From IMG/VR virus record IMGVR_UViG_3300001357_000001, positions 1 to 64,000 of that record: a stretch of 64,000 bases of DNA, one strand, 5' to 3'. The translations under genes were made by a program, and so were the position numbers. The stretch's first letter is position 1. Each line of letters begins with the position of its first letter. The stretch is from a virus (lineage: Duplodnaviria > Heunggongvirae > Uroviricota > Caudoviricetes). Positions 9,376-20,232 of the stretch are shown here, piece after piece. Below the pieces are notes generated by a model. The model saw only the letters and a program-made list of their open reading frames with translations, ran no database searches and was not told the DNA's origin.

Positions 9376-9892
9376 TAATGGCAGCAATAACAATTGAATA
9401 CGAAGTAGGTGATGAAGTAAAACTACCTTTTGATGAAGAAGGTGAAATAGTTGAAATTCAAGAACTACCTTGGATGACAAAATATTGGGTTGGAATCACA
9501 AAATCTACTGATTTTAATTTAGTCGGCAGCATTGTTGATTTTTTTGAGAAACAATTGGAATTAAAGAAAAAATAATTATATTTACAAACTTAAAACAAAA
9601 AAGATATGATACCTTTTATTATTACTATGTTAGTATTCCTATTAGGAATATATTATTTAACAATTTTTTTACATTTATTAGATATACCTGTATTTGGTAA
9701 GGGTGTTGAAATACGAATATGGTTGTCGTTAATACCTTTCTATTATTGGTTTAAAAAAGAAAAAGTTAATACTGAACCACCAATTGTTGAAGAAACAGTA
9801 AAGAAAGAATATATTAGTAATAAAGAAAAGTAAAATTTATTCGTAGAGAGAACATAAATATTTAAACAATTATTAATTAAAATCAAGAAAAA

Positions 9893-11089
9893 ATGAAGAA
9901 CAAAAAAGTTTTAGCAGTAGCATTTGTAGTGTTAGCTGTAATTTTTTTAGCATTAGCTAAAAGTTTATTTGAAACAAACAACGCAGGTTATTTCCAAGTT
10001 AAACAAGCAGCAATTACTGGTGATATGTCAGTAAGATTTGATGCTGGTACATACGGACAGTGGTTTGGTAACATTAGTGAATATAAAAATGTTGCTACTG
10101 TAGGTATTGGAACACATAGAGGTGAGGGTAGTGCTGATATTTCAGCAGTTCCAGTTATCTTTAATGATGGTTCTAAAGCACAGATTTCTGCATTAATCAG
10201 GGTAAAATTACCTGATACATATGAAGGTGCTATTGAACTTAAACGTGAGTACGCACAGGGATATGAACACTTTATTCGTTCAGGTATTGTTCCGATTGTT
10301 CAAAATGCCATTAAATTAGGTGCTAACCTTCGTAGTGCACAGGATGCATATACTACATTAGCATTATTTCAACAAGCAGTTGAAGACCAATTAAAAAATG
10401 GTATATATGTAACGAAATCCGATAAAATTACGAAAACAACAAGTACTGGTGATGTTGAAGAACAACGAGTAACTGTATTAGTATATGGCGAAGATGGTAA
10501 ACCATTAAGAACAGCTAATCGTTTACAACAATTAGGTTGTGAAGTATTAGAATGTGTAATAGATGTACCTAAATTCGATGCTAAAGTTGATGAAATGATT
10601 GCTGCTCGTAAAGACGAAGCAATGAAAACAGAACTTGCAAAACAAGCAGCTATTCGTGCAAAACAGGATGCGATTACTGCTGAACAACAAGGTCTTGCTA
10701 ATGTAGCAGAAGCCAAATATAAGAAAGAGGTAGAACTTGTTGAAGCAACAACAAAGGCAAGAGAGAAATTTGAAGTAGCGCAATTCGAAGCAAAGAAAGC
10801 ATTGGAAGAAAAGAAAGCAATTATTGCCAAGGGTCAAGCTGAAGCCGAAGCAAACCGCTTAAAGGTTAGAGCAGGTCTTTCTCCACAGGAAGCTGCAGAA
10901 TGGAATTATAAAACAACTGTTGGTGTTGCTGCTGAAATGGCAAAAGCACAACCGGGAGCATTCGTACCTAATATCATGGTAGTAAATGGTGCTAATGCTA
11001 AATCAGGTGGTAATTCAAATGCTATGGATGCTATTGGATTGAATATGTTACTTGATGTTCAGAGTAAAATTGGTAAGCCTAAAAAATAA
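9893..11089 (+). CDS. SPFH/band-7 (flotillin/HflKC-like) membrane protein
   Basis: N-terminal transmembrane helix followed by a long Ala/Glu/Lys-rich coiled-coil (KGQAEAEANRLKVRAGLSPQEAAEW) typical of flotillin/YqiK C-termini. Confidence 0.45.
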   Translation: MKNKKVLAVAFVVLAVIFLALAKSLFETNNAGYFQVKQAAITGDMSVRFDAGTYGQWFGNISEYKNVATVGIGTHRGEGSADISAVPVIFNDGSKAQISALIRVKLPDTYEGAIELKREYAQGYEHFIRSGIVPIVQNAIKLGANLRSAQDAYTTLALFQQAVEDQLKNGIYVTKSDKITKTTSTGDVEEQRVTVLVYGEDGKPLRTANRLQQLGCEVLECVIDVPKFDAKVDEMIAARKDEAMKTELAKQAAIRAKQDAITAEQQGLANVAEAKYKKEVELVEATTKAREKFEVAQFEAKKALEEKKAIIAKGQAEAEANRLKVRAGLSPQEAAEWNYKTTVGVAAEMAKAQPGAFVPNIMVVNGANAKSGGNSNAMDAIGLNMLLDVQSKIGKPKK

Positions 11090-11276
11090 TGAAAGAACTC
11101 TGGAAAATTCTCATTGAGAAAGTTAAAGAAGTTGACCCTAGTATGGCTTCTTTAGGAATAGGAATCACAGGATTATTCGCACTAGGAATGGCAACCAGAA
11201 TAATTGTCGCTTTCTTCAAAATGATTGTTGACATAATACTTGCCTTAAGTGGACAACCAATGGGATAAAAAATTAA

Positions 11277-11304
11277 AAGGGAAATTAAATTTTCCCTTTT
11301 TTTT
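11277..11304 (+). terminator. rho-independent terminator
   Basis: AAGGGAAATTAAATTTTCCCTT followed by TTTTTTT. Confidence 0.6.
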
Positions 11305-11335
11305 GTAACATATTTTATTTATCTTCGTATCATAA
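11303..11335 (+). promoter_or_regulatory. phage promoter-like motif (variant -10 CTTCGTATCAT)
   Basis: TTGTAACATATTTTATTTATCTTCGTATCATAA. Confidence 0.45.
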
Positions 11336-11351
11336 CTAACAATAAAAAAAT

Positions 11352-11666
11352 ATGAAAAGAAATTTATTATACATAGGATTATTAATCACGATATTATTAC
11401 TTTTTTCAAGTTGTGCTGAGACTGTTGATGTGGGTAAATGTTTACCTGTTGATGGTAAAGTATATGGGTTCTGGAATGGATTATGGCATGGATTGATTTC
11501 ATGGTTTAGTTTTTTAGGAAGTTTATTTAGTGATAATATAAGTGTATATGCATTTAATAATAATGGTGAATGGTATAATTTTGGGTTTCTTTTAGGTGCT
11601 GGTAGTACTTTAAGTGGTGGTTGTACTGGTGGAAAAAAAGTTGTTAATAAATATTACTATAAATAA
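11352..11666 (+). CDS. small lipoprotein, Gly/Trp-rich
   Basis: Signal peptide with lipobox LFSSC. Confidence 0.45.
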   Translation: MKRNLLYIGLLITILLLFSSCAETVDVGKCLPVDGKVYGFWNGLWHGLISWFSFLGSLFSDNISVYAFNNNGEWYNFGFLLGAGSTLSGGCTGGKKVVNKYYYK

Positions 11667-11741
11667 ATTTGGAATTTAAATAAAATAATATATCTTTGTC
11701 GAACTGAAATAAAATTAATTGAAAAACAAAAACTGAAAATC

Positions 11742-12680
11742 ATGAGAAATAACAATCTTACTCCGAATAAAGGTCTTAGCCTTTCACAAGCACAATCAAT
11801 TTCAAATCTTTGTCATCAAAGAGCACTTGAAATCAAAGCTGAACTTATTGGAATTAATAATTTCAGTAAAAAAGTGACAATTGATGGTGTTGATAAAATC
11901 CTTTCTAAAGGACATAAACTTCCTGATAATGTTAGTGAGTTACTTGAGAAAAAAGCAAAATTACATGCTTGTCAGGCATTCCTCATGGAAAATATAAAGG
12001 CAAAAGACCACATGCTTAATGCAGCACGTAATGAAGCACCCGATGTTTCAAGTGTTGAGTTTCCTGAAAGACCTAAATTCATTAACCCTGTTGATGGTTC
12101 ATTAGCAATGGTTGATGAAAAATTTGGTTGGTCAAAACTTACTGCTGCCGAATACAATGAATATCTTGAAGCAGAAGCATTTGCTGCACATATTGGTCAA
12201 TTCATACATAAAGACGGTATACTTACTGGATTGAGAAATGAATTACCTCATATTCCAAGTATTGATTGGATAACAATCAAAGATGGTGAGAAAACACCTG
12301 TTAGTATCGAAGTTCATCATGAAGCAAAAGACCTTCTTAAGTTACATGAAGAACTAGCAGCGATGCATCGTGAGAAAGAACAACGAGTGAATTATTTTAA
12401 AGCAAAGGTGAAGAACATCACTACCGAAGAAAATGCTCGTATTGCTAAACACAATGCCGACCTTCAAAACGAAGCAGAAAAAAAGAATAATGATTTGGCT
12501 TCTGCTTATGAGAGAGATTTGAAAAAAGCAAACGAAAAAGTCAATACTATTCGTGCTGAGTTTGAAAAATCTCGTCAAAAGAATATTAGCGAAATCGCTA
12601 GTATGCGTATTCAAATTGATGCTCGTTTCCAAGAAACAATTGATGAATTTTTAACTAAACTTCCTGATAACAAGGAATAA
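11742..12680 (+). CDS. hypothetical coiled-coil protein
   Basis: 312 aa; C-terminal heptad-rich region. Confidence 0.45.
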   Translation: MRNNNLTPNKGLSLSQAQSISNLCHQRALEIKAELIGINNFSKKVTIDGVDKILSKGHKLPDNVSELLEKKAKLHACQAFLMENIKAKDHMLNAARNEAPDVSSVEFPERPKFINPVDGSLAMVDEKFGWSKLTAAEYNEYLEAEAFAAHIGQFIHKDGILTGLRNELPHIPSIDWITIKDGEKTPVSIEVHHEAKDLLKLHEELAAMHREKEQRVNYFKAKVKNITTEENARIAKHNADLQNEAEKKNNDLASAYERDLKKANEKVNTIRAEFEKSRQKNISEIASMRIQIDARFQETIDEFLTKLPDNKE

Positions 12681-12694
12681 AAATACTAAGGTAA

Positions 12695-12732
12695 GAACTG
12701 AATAAAGCACAAGCCGAGTTCAGTTCTTTTTA
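12695..12732 (+). terminator. rho-independent terminator
   Basis: GAACTGAA-N16-TTCAGTTC followed by TTTTTAT. Confidence 0.65.
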
Positions 12733-12733
12733 T

Positions 12734-13023
12734 GCTTAGTGATAGGTTCTTTTATATATGATATAAAAAGAAAAAACGTTAACAACGTTTTGCTTGACAA
12801 AAGCAATACTATTAAGTAAACCGCTTCTTCCATAAAATCTCAAGTCTTTTTGGCTTCCTTTAAAGAAGACCATGATGTAGATTAAGTTACTCAAAACCTA
12901 ACATGGATTGAGAGAATTACTCTACTAAAAAGGACTTAGTTTTTGCCCTTGTCTTTGTAATGGAAGAAGGTCTTTGACTTTAGCGTTGACCTTGACATAG
13001 ACTATATAAATCTATCACTAAGC
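12734..13023. repeat. 290 bp imperfect palindromic non-coding element with nested inverted repeats
   Basis: Outer inverted repeat GCTTAGTGATAG / CTATCACTAAGC; inner CTTCTTCCAT-AAAATCTCAAG matches the reverse complement of CTTGTCTTTGTAATGGAAGAAG; the region is ORF-free and more GC-rich than its surroundings. Confidence 0.5.
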
Positions 13024-13045
13024 AACTTATTTTAAAATATAAATT

Positions 13046-13417
13046 ATGAAAACAACTGACTCCGAATTAACTCCTCAAGAGATTCAAGAAGAATTTCAAA
13101 AACTCAAAATTCCTAAATTCATAGTATTTGCTGAAAAATTTTGGTTTAAACTTGGAAGATATATTATGTTTTTCGGATTAATTGCAATGTTTCCTTTTGG
13201 AATTATTATTAATCAATCAAGTAATCCCAATACTAAATTTATTTTATCACAAATAGCATTATATCTATTCTTTTTTTTACTTATTGGTCTTGGTGGTCTT
13301 ATGTTGGTTTCACATTTAATTGAAAAAAGATTTGTGAAAAAACACAGAAATAGATTAGGATTATCATTAGATGAATGGAATCACTTCGCAGAAAAATTTA
13401 ATCTGACTTCATATTAA
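13046..13417 (+). CDS. membrane protein
   Basis: two transmembrane helices. Confidence 0.4.
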   Translation: MKTTDSELTPQEIQEEFQKLKIPKFIVFAEKFWFKLGRYIMFFGLIAMFPFGIIINQSSNPNTKFILSQIALYLFFFLLIGLGGLMLVSHLIEKRFVKKHRNRLGLSLDEWNHFAEKFNLTSY

Positions 13418-13466
13418 ATGATAATATTTTCTTTTAAAATTCATATAATTATATTATCTTTGATTT

Positions 13467-13979
13467 ATGGATAGAGAAGAATTTAATAAGAAATTAAAAA
13501 ACGAATTAGCTATTTCAGTTATACAGGGTAAAAATACTAGTAATTTATTAAAATTATATGAAGAACTATCCATTGAAATATCGGAATCAAAAAGATATTT
13601 AAATTATAATAAAAAATTAAGTGAATTATCTGTTGAAGAAGCAATTAATGCATGCATGAAACATGGTATTAATTTTAATCCTAAAAAAAGTAATAATGCT
13701 GTTGCATACATGATTCAAATAATAAAAAGTAGTTTCGCCAATACTTATTTAAAAGAATATAAAAAGAAATATCGCATGACCGAAGAAGACTTTAATGAGT
13801 TTATTAATGAAATAATTCCTCAACAACTATTCCACGTAGAACCACAAGACATTGATGATGAAAGTGGTGCTAAACTAGATGAAGTAATATTAGTAAGTCT
13901 TATTGCTAATAGACCAAGTTGTTTGAAACATAAACCATTGCAATGGTTTATTGATTATTTTTTAATTTATAATAAATAA
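13467..13979 (+). CDS. hypothetical protein
   Basis: 170 aa ORF. Confidence 0.4.
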   Translation: MDREEFNKKLKNELAISVIQGKNTSNLLKLYEELSIEISESKRYLNYNKKLSELSVEEAINACMKHGINFNPKKSNNAVAYMIQIIKSSFANTYLKEYKKKYRMTEEDFNEFINEIIPQQLFHVEPQDIDDESGAKLDEVILVSLIANRPSCLKHKPLQWFIDYFLIYNK

Positions 13980-14006
13980 AGTAACAATTTATTTTTATTT
14001 TCGTAT
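13980..14006 (+). promoter_or_regulatory. phage promoter-like motif
   Basis: AGTAACAATTTATTTTTATTTTCGTATAAG. Confidence 0.5.
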
Positions 14007-14021
14007 AAGAAATAAAAAAAA

Positions 14022-14510
14022 ATGGATGATAAATTAGAAGTACTAAAAGACATTATAAGAAATAATCGAATGAGTACCAGACCAGAATACTATAGTGGTC
14101 GTGGTGCAACAAGGTCTGACTTAGATTCAGGTATTCTGGAAGGAATTTATCAGGGAATAGTAAAAAGATTTGGTAAAAGAGCAGGGAATAATTATGTGAA
14201 AATGGTTGCTGATATTAAAGTATTGTCTGCAACAACTTTTCTTCAAGAATTATATCAACTACAATATAATAACTGGAAGTACCGAAATAAAGAAAAACAT
14301 GGTGATGGTATTAGTGTTCCTAAAAATGATGATGGTGAATACGATGAAAATAGTGTGATGTCAGGTATGTTAGGAATATTTGCTGCAATGAGTAACAATA
14401 GTATTGACGATACTGGTTCTATTAGACGTGATTTTTTACGTAGTCATGGCGTAAAATTAGAACATCGAATAGAACGTGATGAATACGGAAATGTTTATTA
14501 TTATGAATAA
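14022..14510 (+). CDS. hypothetical protein
   Basis: 162 aa ORF. Confidence 0.4.
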   Translation: MDDKLEVLKDIIRNNRMSTRPEYYSGRGATRSDLDSGILEGIYQGIVKRFGKRAGNNYVKMVADIKVLSATTFLQELYQLQYNNWKYRNKEKHGDGISVPKNDDGEYDENSVMSGMLGIFAAMSNNSIDDTGSIRRDFLRSHGVKLEHRIERDEYGNVYYYE

Positions 14511-14866
14511 AATAATATTATGAAATTAATCGTTGTAAAAAAAATAAAATTAGAAGACCTCGATGCAGGTAAGTTATTTTTAAGTGAAGATAAAACTTGT
14601 CTTGCTTTAAAATCTGAATATAAAACCAATGCTGGTGCTGTTGAAGCATATATTGTTGGTAGTGGTGAAATGTTTTGGGGTGGTACTTCAGACCCTAGTG
14701 TTCAATCCAAACTCCCTGTTTGGGAAGTCAGAGTTATTCAAGAAGATGATGTTGATATTTATGAAGGTGATTTGAATAAAAAAAGAATTAATGCCTATAC
14801 TAATGTTGCATATGATTATAATGTTGGTTTAGGCACAGTCAGAGACATTTTCAATGCTGGTGCTGA

Positions 14867-15169
14867 ATGGATTTTAAATCATTTAAAAAAATAAATATGA
14901 TAGTATTAGAAGAACAAGATTATGATAAATTAGTTATTACTGTTGGTGGTAAAGCAGCAACTGGTAAATCAACAGTTATTTACGTAATTAAGGAAGCATT
15001 AAAAAATGCTGGTTTGGATGTTGAATTCGATGGAGGACTTGATTTTGAAGACGAAGAGGAATTTGACAGTAAATTAAAACCATATATTAAAACAAGAATA
15101 TTTATGATTGACCGTCCGATTAAAATTAATGAAGTGCAATTTGCATTGAAATTAAATAAAAATAAATAA
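14867..15169 (+). CDS. small P-loop NTPase-like protein
   Basis: Walker [11 protein letters not shown]. Confidence 0.35.
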   Translation: MDFKSFKKINMIVLEEQDYDKLVITVGGKAATGKSTVIYVIKEALKNAGLDVEFDGGLDFEDEEEFDSKLKPYIKTRIFMIDRPIKINEVQFALKLNKNK

Positions 15170-15729
15170 TGGAATTTAAAGTCATACCTAACGAACAAAC
15201 ACCAAGAATTGATGATGTTGATGGTGATGTAAGGAAATACATATTAAAATATCGTCATGAACTTCAAGCGTTTTTAGAATATGCTGTAATACGTAAAGAT
15301 GCAGCAGGTCTTGCTGCTAATCAATGTAGTATTGATGAACAGAGATTTATGGTAAGAGCATTTGCATTACGAAGTCAAGTTGACCCTAATAAATGTGAAA
15401 TTATTATAAATCCTAAAATTTTAGAATATATAGGAATAAAGGAAACTAAAATTGAAGGTTGTCTTACTTGGAAAGGTAAATATATTGTTGCTGAACGTAG
15501 TCGTGCTGTAAAAGTAAGATATTATGATATAGATAGTCAACTACATATTGGTATTTTTAAAGGATTTCAAGGACAGGTATGGCAACATGAAATCAATCAT
15601 CTTAATGGTATTGACGAAGTAGTAGTTGAAAATCCACATGTAATACATGAAGCAAAATATGAAAGAAATTCTCCATGTCCATGTGGAAGTGGTAAGAAAT
15701 ATAAAAAATGTTGTTTTTTATTAATATAA
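15169..15729 (+). CDS. def: Peptide deformylase fused to a C-terminal SEC-C zinc-binding motif
   Basis: PDF motifs GLAANQ (motif 1), EGCLT (motif 2), QHEINHLNG (motif 3, HExxH); C-terminal [13 protein letters not shown] matches the SecA/YecA SEC-C motif. Confidence 0.8.
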   Translation: MEFKVIPNEQTPRIDDVDGDVRKYILKYRHELQAFLEYAVIRKDAAGLAANQCSIDEQRFMVRAFALRSQVDPNKCEIIINPKILEYIGIKETKIEGCLTWKGKYIVAERSRAVKVRYYDIDSQLHIGIFKGFQGQVWQHEINHLNGIDEVVVENPHVIHEAKYERNSPCPCGSGKKYKKCCFLLI

Positions 15730-15739
15730 ATGTAATGTT

Positions 15740-15964
15740 ATGAAGTATGATGAAATAAAAAAATTTATTAATGACGAAGAAAACGGTCTTGTCGTTAGAT
15801 TAGGAATGGTAGCACTTGGTATATTAATTGGTAGTTTATTAGTATTGTTATCATTAGTATTTGAAAGAGAAAGCGTTGGTGCAATCGTATTTTTAGTATT
15901 TGGTTGTGTTATATTTGCTAGTTTTTTAATCGGTGCTGCTATTTGGTATGCTGATAATAATTAA
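15740..15964 (+). CDS. small membrane protein
   Basis: two hydrophobic helices. Confidence 0.4.
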   Translation: MKYDEIKKFINDEENGLVVRLGMVALGILIGSLLVLLSLVFERESVGAIVFLVFGCVIFASFLIGAAIWYADNN

Positions 15965-17266
15965 GAATTATGAGTAATTGGGAAGACGACATAAAATTAC
16001 TGGAAGACAATGGTTGGGTTGTTGAATGCGAATCACCATTTGAAATCAGAACTAAAGATGGTAGTTTCGCTAGTGGTGAAGCAGCACAAATTGTTCTTCA
16101 TGACCTTAAACATGAAAGAGATAATGCTTTTAGTGAAGCCGATATGAAGGATTGTTTTGGTGCTGGTGTTAACAGAGGTGTAAGTATAGCAAGAAGTCTT
16201 ATCGAGAAAACTGAATTAGATAATGAATTTCCTGCATATAGTGAATATATAAAAAAATTTAAAGAAGAATAATTATGATACAAGAATTAGCATGGACTTA
16301 TTACACCAGTGAAAGTGAATTTGTTAAATATTTCGATAGATTATTAAACACAGAAATGAGTTTTGAAGAAATCGAAAGTAAATTACCTCAACTCGAAAAA
16401 TATTATTTCGAAATGGTTGTTGATGGAGTATTTTATTATGAACAACCAACTCTACAAAATTTATTTAATAAATGGAAATCAAATAGAGAATAATGAAAAA
16501 CAGCGATATACATGAGGGTTTGTCTCAAAAACACATAAGAGATTTTCTTGCAATGAGTTTACTTAAATCATATCAAGATGAGACCAATAATAAAAAAGAT
16601 TATAGTGCATTGGCAGGAATGGATAATAGTATTGAAAAAGCAATTGCAATTGCTAAAGCCGATATAAAATTTCTGGAAAATTATGTTGAAAATCTAGAAA
16701 ATAAAAAAGCAATCTGGAAATTAATTGAACTCAATGGATGGCAAGAACATGATGTTAGTGATGAAACAGAAAAAAATATTGTCGGTTATAATCTAGCTAT
16801 GAATTTTATCGGAACAGAAAAAGAATATATTGAATTATTGGAAAAAATTAATGAATAAATGGAATTATATCATATTTTTTTTTGGTGTTTTGTTGGTATA
16901 TTAATTATAGGTATGTTAATAGGTATATTAATTGGAATATATTCTGAATTTAAATATCGTTGTAAAATAAATAGTTCTTTTGAAGAAAATAAAAATGCTA
17001 AACATCACGTTGATTTTAAATTAGTTAGTAGTGAGGTAGGTTTTTTTAATGATAGTGGATTTACTATTGGATATGATTATTGTTGTGTTTATTATTGTTT
17101 ACACTGTGGGGTTGTATCACATTGGAATAAAGGTAAAATAAGTGCTAGTGAGTATTATAAATTAATAAAAAATGATTCGAATTCAGATTATATCAAATCC
17201 AAACTAAATAAATTAATTATTAAAGCAAATAAAAAATATGGTTTAAATAGAAAAACGATATAGTTA

Positions 17267-17695
17267 ATGAAAATTGATGGTAATCATAGAATAGCAACAA
17301 TTAATGACATTAAATATGCTTGGAGTATTAGCAAAGGTATTGATGAATATACCGATAAACCAATTAATAAATTCAAATATGTTCGTATTTGGGAAAAGAA
17401 TTCAAAGAAATTTATTTTTGAACAAAAAATTCCTTCATATAAATTAATTGGGTCGATAATATTATCAGAATTAATAAATGCTAGAGATAGGGTTGAACGA
17501 GATATTATAATTGCAGAACCCTGTCCTTTCTGTCGAGGTAAAGTAAAAGAACATCCGAATCCTGAATGGCGTGAAGACTTTTATGTTTGTTATCATGATG
17601 AAGACTGTTTTTTGTGTGAAGGCAGTAAACCAATGAATTTCACATTAATCAACCCCAAACATATTGTTGATTGGAATTATAGGAAATTAAAATAG
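17267..17695 (+). CDS. Cys-rich putative zinc-binding protein
   Basis: CPFCRG ... CYHDEDCFLCEG. Confidence 0.35.
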   Translation: MKIDGNHRIATINDIKYAWSISKGIDEYTDKPINKFKYVRIWEKNSKKFIFEQKIPSYKLIGSIILSELINARDRVERDIIIAEPCPFCRGKVKEHPNPEWREDFYVCYHDEDCFLCEGSKPMNFTLINPKHIVDWNYRKLK

Positions 17696-17965
17696 GAGAA
17701 ATTAAAATGGACGAAAATTTTGTAGCATTAGACAACGCAGTTAAAGATTTACTGGAAGAACTTAGAATTGATGAAAAAAGTCTTGAAATTATGGCAAATG
17801 GATATTCACCTGATTACCCCGGGGCGGTGCAATTAGCCGAAGGTGAGGAATGGAAGAATCCATATTGTAAAATACAACTATCAAGGGTAGTTGCACAAAA
17901 ATTACTTGCGACACTAAACATGAAAGACTTTAATAGAGAAGCACCAAGTGAGAATGTGGGATAAA

Positions 17966-17996
17966 TTGTAACATTTTTAGTTAGTTATCGTATAAT
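17966..17996 (+). promoter_or_regulatory. phage promoter-like motif
   Basis: TTGTAACATTTTTAGTTAGTTATCGTATAAT. Confidence 0.55.
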
Positions 17997-18519
17997 AAAT
18001 ATGTTTAACTAAAAATAAGAATGATGAAAAAATTAATTAAATTAGCAATTATCGTAGTAGCAGTGCTTGTGCTTGCATTTAGTTCTAATCCTACGATTGT
18101 GAAAGTAAGAACAACAGTAAAGAAAGTTTTTGTTAAATCATCTGAAGTTGGTGAAAAAGTTTACAACGAAGTGATTAAAGAACAAGAAGAAAAAGTTGTT
18201 GCTAAAATTAAAGAGTAATGAACTACGAAGAAAACATAGGTAAATGGGTTTGTAAAGGTTCTATTAGTAAACAAGAACCAAATAACAAACCCTTTAAATC
18301 TGGTCTGAAAATCAATACTGTTAAAGCAGTTATTAATCATCCTAACCTTAATATTCCTGCATATACTTTCGAAGAAGACGATAGTTATGTGGAATGCAGA
18401 AGATGTATTGTTATTGAGAATCCAAATAGTCATAATGTGATATTGGAAATTCTTAATAAAAACCCTAAAAAAAATAAACATCTAATATCTGAGATTCTAA
18501 GTAAACCACCTAAATAATT

Positions 18520-18678
18520 ATGGAAGAACAAGAACTACATCTTGATTATTGTGATGAATGCATGCAAATGACAAATCATCTTGGTGATGAATGTCAGAAA
18601 TGCAAAGCAAAAGAATTAAAAAAATACAGCCTCGACATCGAAGATGACGAAGAATATATAAATTTTAAAATTCGTTAA
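18520..18678 (+). CDS. small zinc-ribbon protein (52 aa); not in the supplied ORF track
   Basis: CDEC ... CQKC pair of CxxC motifs; fills a gap in coding density. Confidence 0.3.
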   Translation: MEEQELHLDYCDECMQMTNHLGDECQKCKAKELKKYSLDIEDDEEYINFKIR

Positions 18679-19466
18679 ATATGGAATATACTAAGAAAAT
18701 ACATATATATTATTTATATGAAGATTTTAATATACCTGTTTCATGTTCACCTGAACATCATATCGAAATGAAGGCTGGTGATATAATAATTACTATTGGG
18801 GAACAGGTATATATTGAAAATAAACCAAATCCAGATAACGACCCCGAAAATTTTATTGAAGCATTGTTTAGGAAAAATTTTCTTGATAATAATCCCTCAC
18901 TATTTAAATTAAAATTATGATAAATTTAGCTGGAGTAAAAGAATGCGATAAAGCAATTCGTGAAGAATTATATCTTGCAGGTATTGAAGTTTATGAAGAA
19001 AAAGGTAATGGTGAAGTACCATATACTATTATTGGTAAAATTGGTAATTGGGTACTTAAACGTGCATGGACTTATTGGGTGGCAAGAGTTGAGAATCGTG
19101 AAGACGGGTTACTATTAGAAGACGCAATGAAACTTCATTACAGACCAAATCCAATTGATGACGATGATATTTTAGGTAAAGTTATTCGTAGTGGTGGTCA
19201 TGCTGGAAGTCCTAGTCCTGATGAATATGGTGCACAGCCAGTATATTGTGATGAATTATATGAAAAATTAAGGTCTCTTGGTAAATATAATGAAATTGAA
19301 ATCGGTGGAAAAACGTATCCTCAAGTTAGTGTGGGTGAAGTTTCATTATTAAATAAAAAAGGTGTTTTAGACATACCATTTTATGTTGACACATATCATA
19401 TTGACGACCAAATTGGATTAAATGAATTTGTGAGAATCATAAAAAATAAAGAACTTAAGTATTTAT

Positions 19467-20186
19467 GTGAAAACCTTTCACATGTCAAATATTAAGAAAA
19501 TTATTAATGAAGAAATAATGAATACTGTTGCCAATTATCCTCAATTTGGTCAGCGTTTACGTAGTATTGATGAAATAGAAAATATGAAGAATTTATTATT
19601 AAAAGAAAACTATACTTCAATAAATCTTTTTGAAAAGATTAATATTCTTACCGAAGAACAAATGGTAAATATTTCAACTGGACTTGATTGGACTGTTGAA
19701 AATATTCCAAATGCTGTTCTTATTGGGGGGACTGCCGTTGTTCATTATATTAATGGTGCAAGAGATTTAACTCCTGATTTAGATTTTATGGTTGATGACA
19801 TTAATATTGTTAAAACAAAACTAAGTGAGGAAAATATAAGATATGATGACTTGAATCCGGGTGTTTCGACTCCACTTGGCATTACTGTCGATATTTTTAA
19901 TAGTGATTATCTTGATATTGAAATTGGAAATATTAATTTAAATAAATTAGTTATGCAAACACCAATAATTGCCAGTATTGGTGGACGACAGGTTCACGTG
20001 ATTAATCCTGAATTATTAGTAATAATGAAAATGGAAGTTGGAAGAGACAAAGATTTTCAGGATGGTATTGCACTACTTAGTTCAGGTAAAGTAGATAAAA
20101 ATAAATATCTTCAATATTTAAATGTTCTAAAAAATTCTCTTCATGATTATGAATCACTTTTTAATTATAAAGATTTTATTCAATAA
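19467..20186 (+). CDS. putative nucleotidyltransferase (Pol-beta superfamily, minimal NTase/AbiEii-like fold)
   Basis: hG[GS] ... DhD pattern: VLIGGTAVVHY ... TPDLDFMVDD. Confidence 0.35.
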   Translation: MKTFHMSNIKKIINEEIMNTVANYPQFGQRLRSIDEIENMKNLLLKENYTSINLFEKINILTEEQMVNISTGLDWTVENIPNAVLIGGTAVVHYINGARDLTPDLDFMVDDINIVKTKLSEENIRYDDLNPGVSTPLGITVDIFNSDYLDIEIGNINLNKLVMQTPIIASIGGRQVHVINPELLVIMKMEVGRDKDFQDGIALLSSGKVDKNKYLQYLNVLKNSLHDYESLFNYKDFIQ

Positions 20187-20196
20187 TAACCCAATT

Positions 20197-20227
20197 TTGT
20201 AACATATTAACTTGACTTTCGTATAAA
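20197..20227 (+). promoter_or_regulatory. phage promoter-like motif
   Basis: TTGTAACATATTAACTTGACTTTCGTATAAA. Confidence 0.55.
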
Positions 20228-20232
20228 TTGGT

